A model generated the notes under the pieces. It did not search any database. It was given only the letters and a program-made list of their open reading frames with translations, and was not told the DNA's origin. A stretch of 62,918 bases of DNA, counting the filler, from Perkinsus chesapeaki ATCC PRA-425 (Eukaryota; Protista; Perkinsozoa): assembly GCA_013115145.1 (NCBI GenBank). It is 14 parts of 14 records of this genome, joined end to end, with 100 filler letters (N's around TTAATTAATTAA, not from the genome) between each part and the next. Parts side by side here need not be neighbours in the genome. Positions count along the whole stretch, not along the records: positions 54,936 to 62,918 come from JAAPAO010001001.1; 13 more parts are not named here. One strand, 5' to 3'. Both the position numbers and the translations under genes were made by a program. Below are positions 60,301 to 62,918 of this stretch, one piece after another. The first letter of the stretch is position 1. Each line of letters starts with the position of its first letter.

Positions 60301-62918
60301 TAATAGTTTGTGGGGGGGAGTGGGTGGTATGTCATGCCTTCGTAGTGCACTTAACTGCTTGGCTGGATTCAATGCATAGCACAGCGTGAGTGTCGATGAA
60401 ATCTCTTCAGCAGTATCGACCACCTTTAGGGATTTCGTGGCGTATGTGAACCTTCGAGATGTTAGAGTCGTCCTTCTACTAGGAGATTCTGTGTAGAAAT
60501 GTGGTATGAAGCAGATTCTCCAGAGAGATTGGTGATCACTTACAGCATAGCCTAGAAGCTAGTTAATAGTGAATGATGCGCGATTTCCAACTCGTAGAGT
60601 AAACGGGCTCTGCTGCGAATACGATTGGCTGAAAATGCGTGTATCGTCTGGTTTCCATTTCTAAGGTTCTAATTACTATATCAGGTACGTTTTTTGGGTT
60701 AACGATTATCATCTCTTGCTGGTGCCAATGCTGCTTCGTAAAGGCCTGCGTAAATCTCAGAGAGTAGGCTCTCCTCCGCTAAGCCCATCGCAACCTAAAT
60801 CAGCCGCTCAGCCTCCACCGAAGAAACCCACCGTAGCGCCAGGAAAATCTTGCAATCTTGTGGGATCTTGCATTTCCATTAGATCGGTTTGTTTCTTCAT
60901 ACGCCGTTCCCGACGTCGGAGATATTCCTCACTTTACCGGTGCGGACACAAGTGATGCAATCGTTGCTGGCTGCCGATTTGGTGGGGTTCCAGTTCTTCG
61001 ATTATGCGAGGTAGATGGTTAATTTTGTGGCGCGTGACGTCGTAGGGTCCCTCAGGCACTTTTTAACAGTTGTGAAGAAGCTGGTTGGACTTGATATGTC
61101 GTATCGGCTCTCAGACGGCTATCTGGCCTTGGATGTGCCCTACAGCTATGTATCAGGATCACCGGCATCGACAGTAACAGCTCAACAGAGGCATCAGGTA
61201 GGAGCTGGAGGGGTAACTCCACTACACTGGAAGTCTCCCTGGAGGGTTTATTCGGAATCCCGACGAATGAATACGCATATATCAGAACGTCTATGCTGTC
61301 ACGCGCCGTGAAACTAGGAGCAGTTTCGGGTAGTGTCGATATCATCTCCGCCGCACCGAAGTTCATCGCAAATGGACATTTTAAGTGGCTTAAGTGTGTT
61401 TTTGACAGCTCCTTCAATTCTGCTCCGAACTTGCACGCCAATGCTATTCGGATATTTTTTCGAACGGTGTTTGTGACCGGAGTGGAAGTATGGTGCGGAG
61501 AAGTATCTTGCCGTTCAGTTGGGTTTTAGGAATGCGGATTACAAATACACTTCTCTATTGCTGTTGTTTTTTGTTAACTAAACTGTGACAGGTTCTGGTG
61601 ACAGTCGGGCACGCCTCGATTCAGTTCGAGTTGATAGCGGCCCAGATGCGGTCTCCGGAGGTTCTTAGACGTATTAAGGAACTGAGAAAGAAGTTTGCTG
61701 GGAAAACTATCATATGTAATGGCAGGGCGAATCGATCCACTTTTTGTCGATCCGGTTCGAATTGTCTGCGCCGGTTTTGGTCTTACACTAGCATTTTGAT
61801 AGATTGCAGGATAAAAAGCTCGATAGCGTAATAGTTTGAACAGTCAGAATTGGCAGGGCGATGATAACAGCTTCCGGCTGTCTCGCACGCCAGAATAGCC
61901 CATTGGATACTATCGAATCGCCAGTCTCACGAGATGCTATCGAATCGATAAGATTTCGTGAGACTGGGTCGGCTTGCAGTCGAAGTCCTCGTCTACTTGC
62001 AGATGCCCCCACTGAAATTTGGCTTTGTTCCGACATGATCAGGTGGCGTTGATAGGCTTGGTAGACTGTCTGGTATGTTATTGAAGCTGAGGACATTCAG
62101 GCAGTTCTTGAAGGTTTACCCTAGCTATAGAAACAGGGTGGTGTTGGTGCAGCTAGCAGTGTCTAGGACAACAACAACTCATACAAGTCCGGAGAACAGG
62201 ATAACATTGGCGAAAAGGGTACGAGGGCGGCGGAGCGAAGCTGTGTGGGAGCGGACGTATTGGCAATGAGCGTAGCGCTGTAGCTGCTCGGCACTGGGAG
62301 TCAGCTCTGAGACAGAGCTTTGGTTTCTCAAGAGCTGGTTCCTCATGGGCATTGCTGCCAGATCAAACTTCCAGGCCTTTTATAGGGTAACGAATCTCCG
62401 TCTGGGAAGTGTGAGCCAAAAATTGTGCTGTGTGTTAAGTAGGAGAATATTGGACTTGGAGTTTTCCCAATAGGATTACTTATAATACAGTATTACTTTA
62501 CTTATTTACATATTAAATTATTTATTATTTACTTATTTACTAGTTTACTTATTCACAGTATTACCCAATAGTATACAGTATTTTGCATATAATAGAATGT
62601 CTAGTATTACTTTACTCAGATATCCGCATTGGCGAAGGAAATCAACGATACAATGGGCCCACATGTATATTTCTACGCCGGCGATATTGAGACTGAAGAC
62701 AGGCTGGCGACTATGGCAGTTTCAGATATGTTGTTGGATACCAGTTTGAAGGACGGGCTTAATTTGGCCCCTTTTGAGTGAGTTTTGGTATGGGTAGCAT
62801 GAAGTGATTGTCCATCGGTGTGGAGATCTTTGTGTATCAGCTTTAGTTGCACTTGTTGTCCTGTACCACCTTAGATAGTCGTTCCTCCTTCACTTGGGTT
62901 GTGGGTGGTATTAAGCAC
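57357..62918 (+). CDS. Multi-exon CBM20 + glycosyltransferase-20 (trehalose-6-phosphate synthase-like) gene, 3'-incomplete
   Basis: CBM20: [36 protein letters not shown]20: [97 protein letters not shown]. Start at 57357 is inferred. Confidence 0.92.

Overview
This window is not contiguous. It is 14 small contigs joined by 13 artificial 100-base spacers (N44-TTAATTAATTAA-N44, stops in all six frames), so no linkage across gaps can be inferred. The content is eukaryotic and repeat-rich; short GT-AG introns, a CBM20-TPS gene and DIRS-type retroelements suggest an alveolate such as Perkinsus (inference). Host genes: serine peptidase S28, La-motif protein, CBM20-trehalose-phosphate-synthase-like gene, GH19 chitinase pseudogene, polyQ gene. 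RNA genes: a tandem tRNA-Leu array with mixed TAG/AAG anticodons. Mobile elements: two CCCH-finger Gags, DIRS-type RT, tyrosine recombinase, Gypsy integrase, hAT, MULE/SWIM and a non-LTR RT fragment. Three unexplained signals stand out. (1) A gene family present twice, on unrelated contigs, with an inferred architecture of C2H2 finger, unknown ~430-aa GGYRIECRF domain and OTU protease; it is a candidate new selfish element or endogenous virus. (2) Two extremely AT-rich, mitochondrion-like contigs in which most G/C clusters are arms of unique 9-10-bp stems, nearly always C-rich arm first. (3) Many perfect fold-back palindromes; one is shown by paralog alignment to be a 35-nt frameshifting insertion. 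All homology calls are by motif recognition, without database searches.
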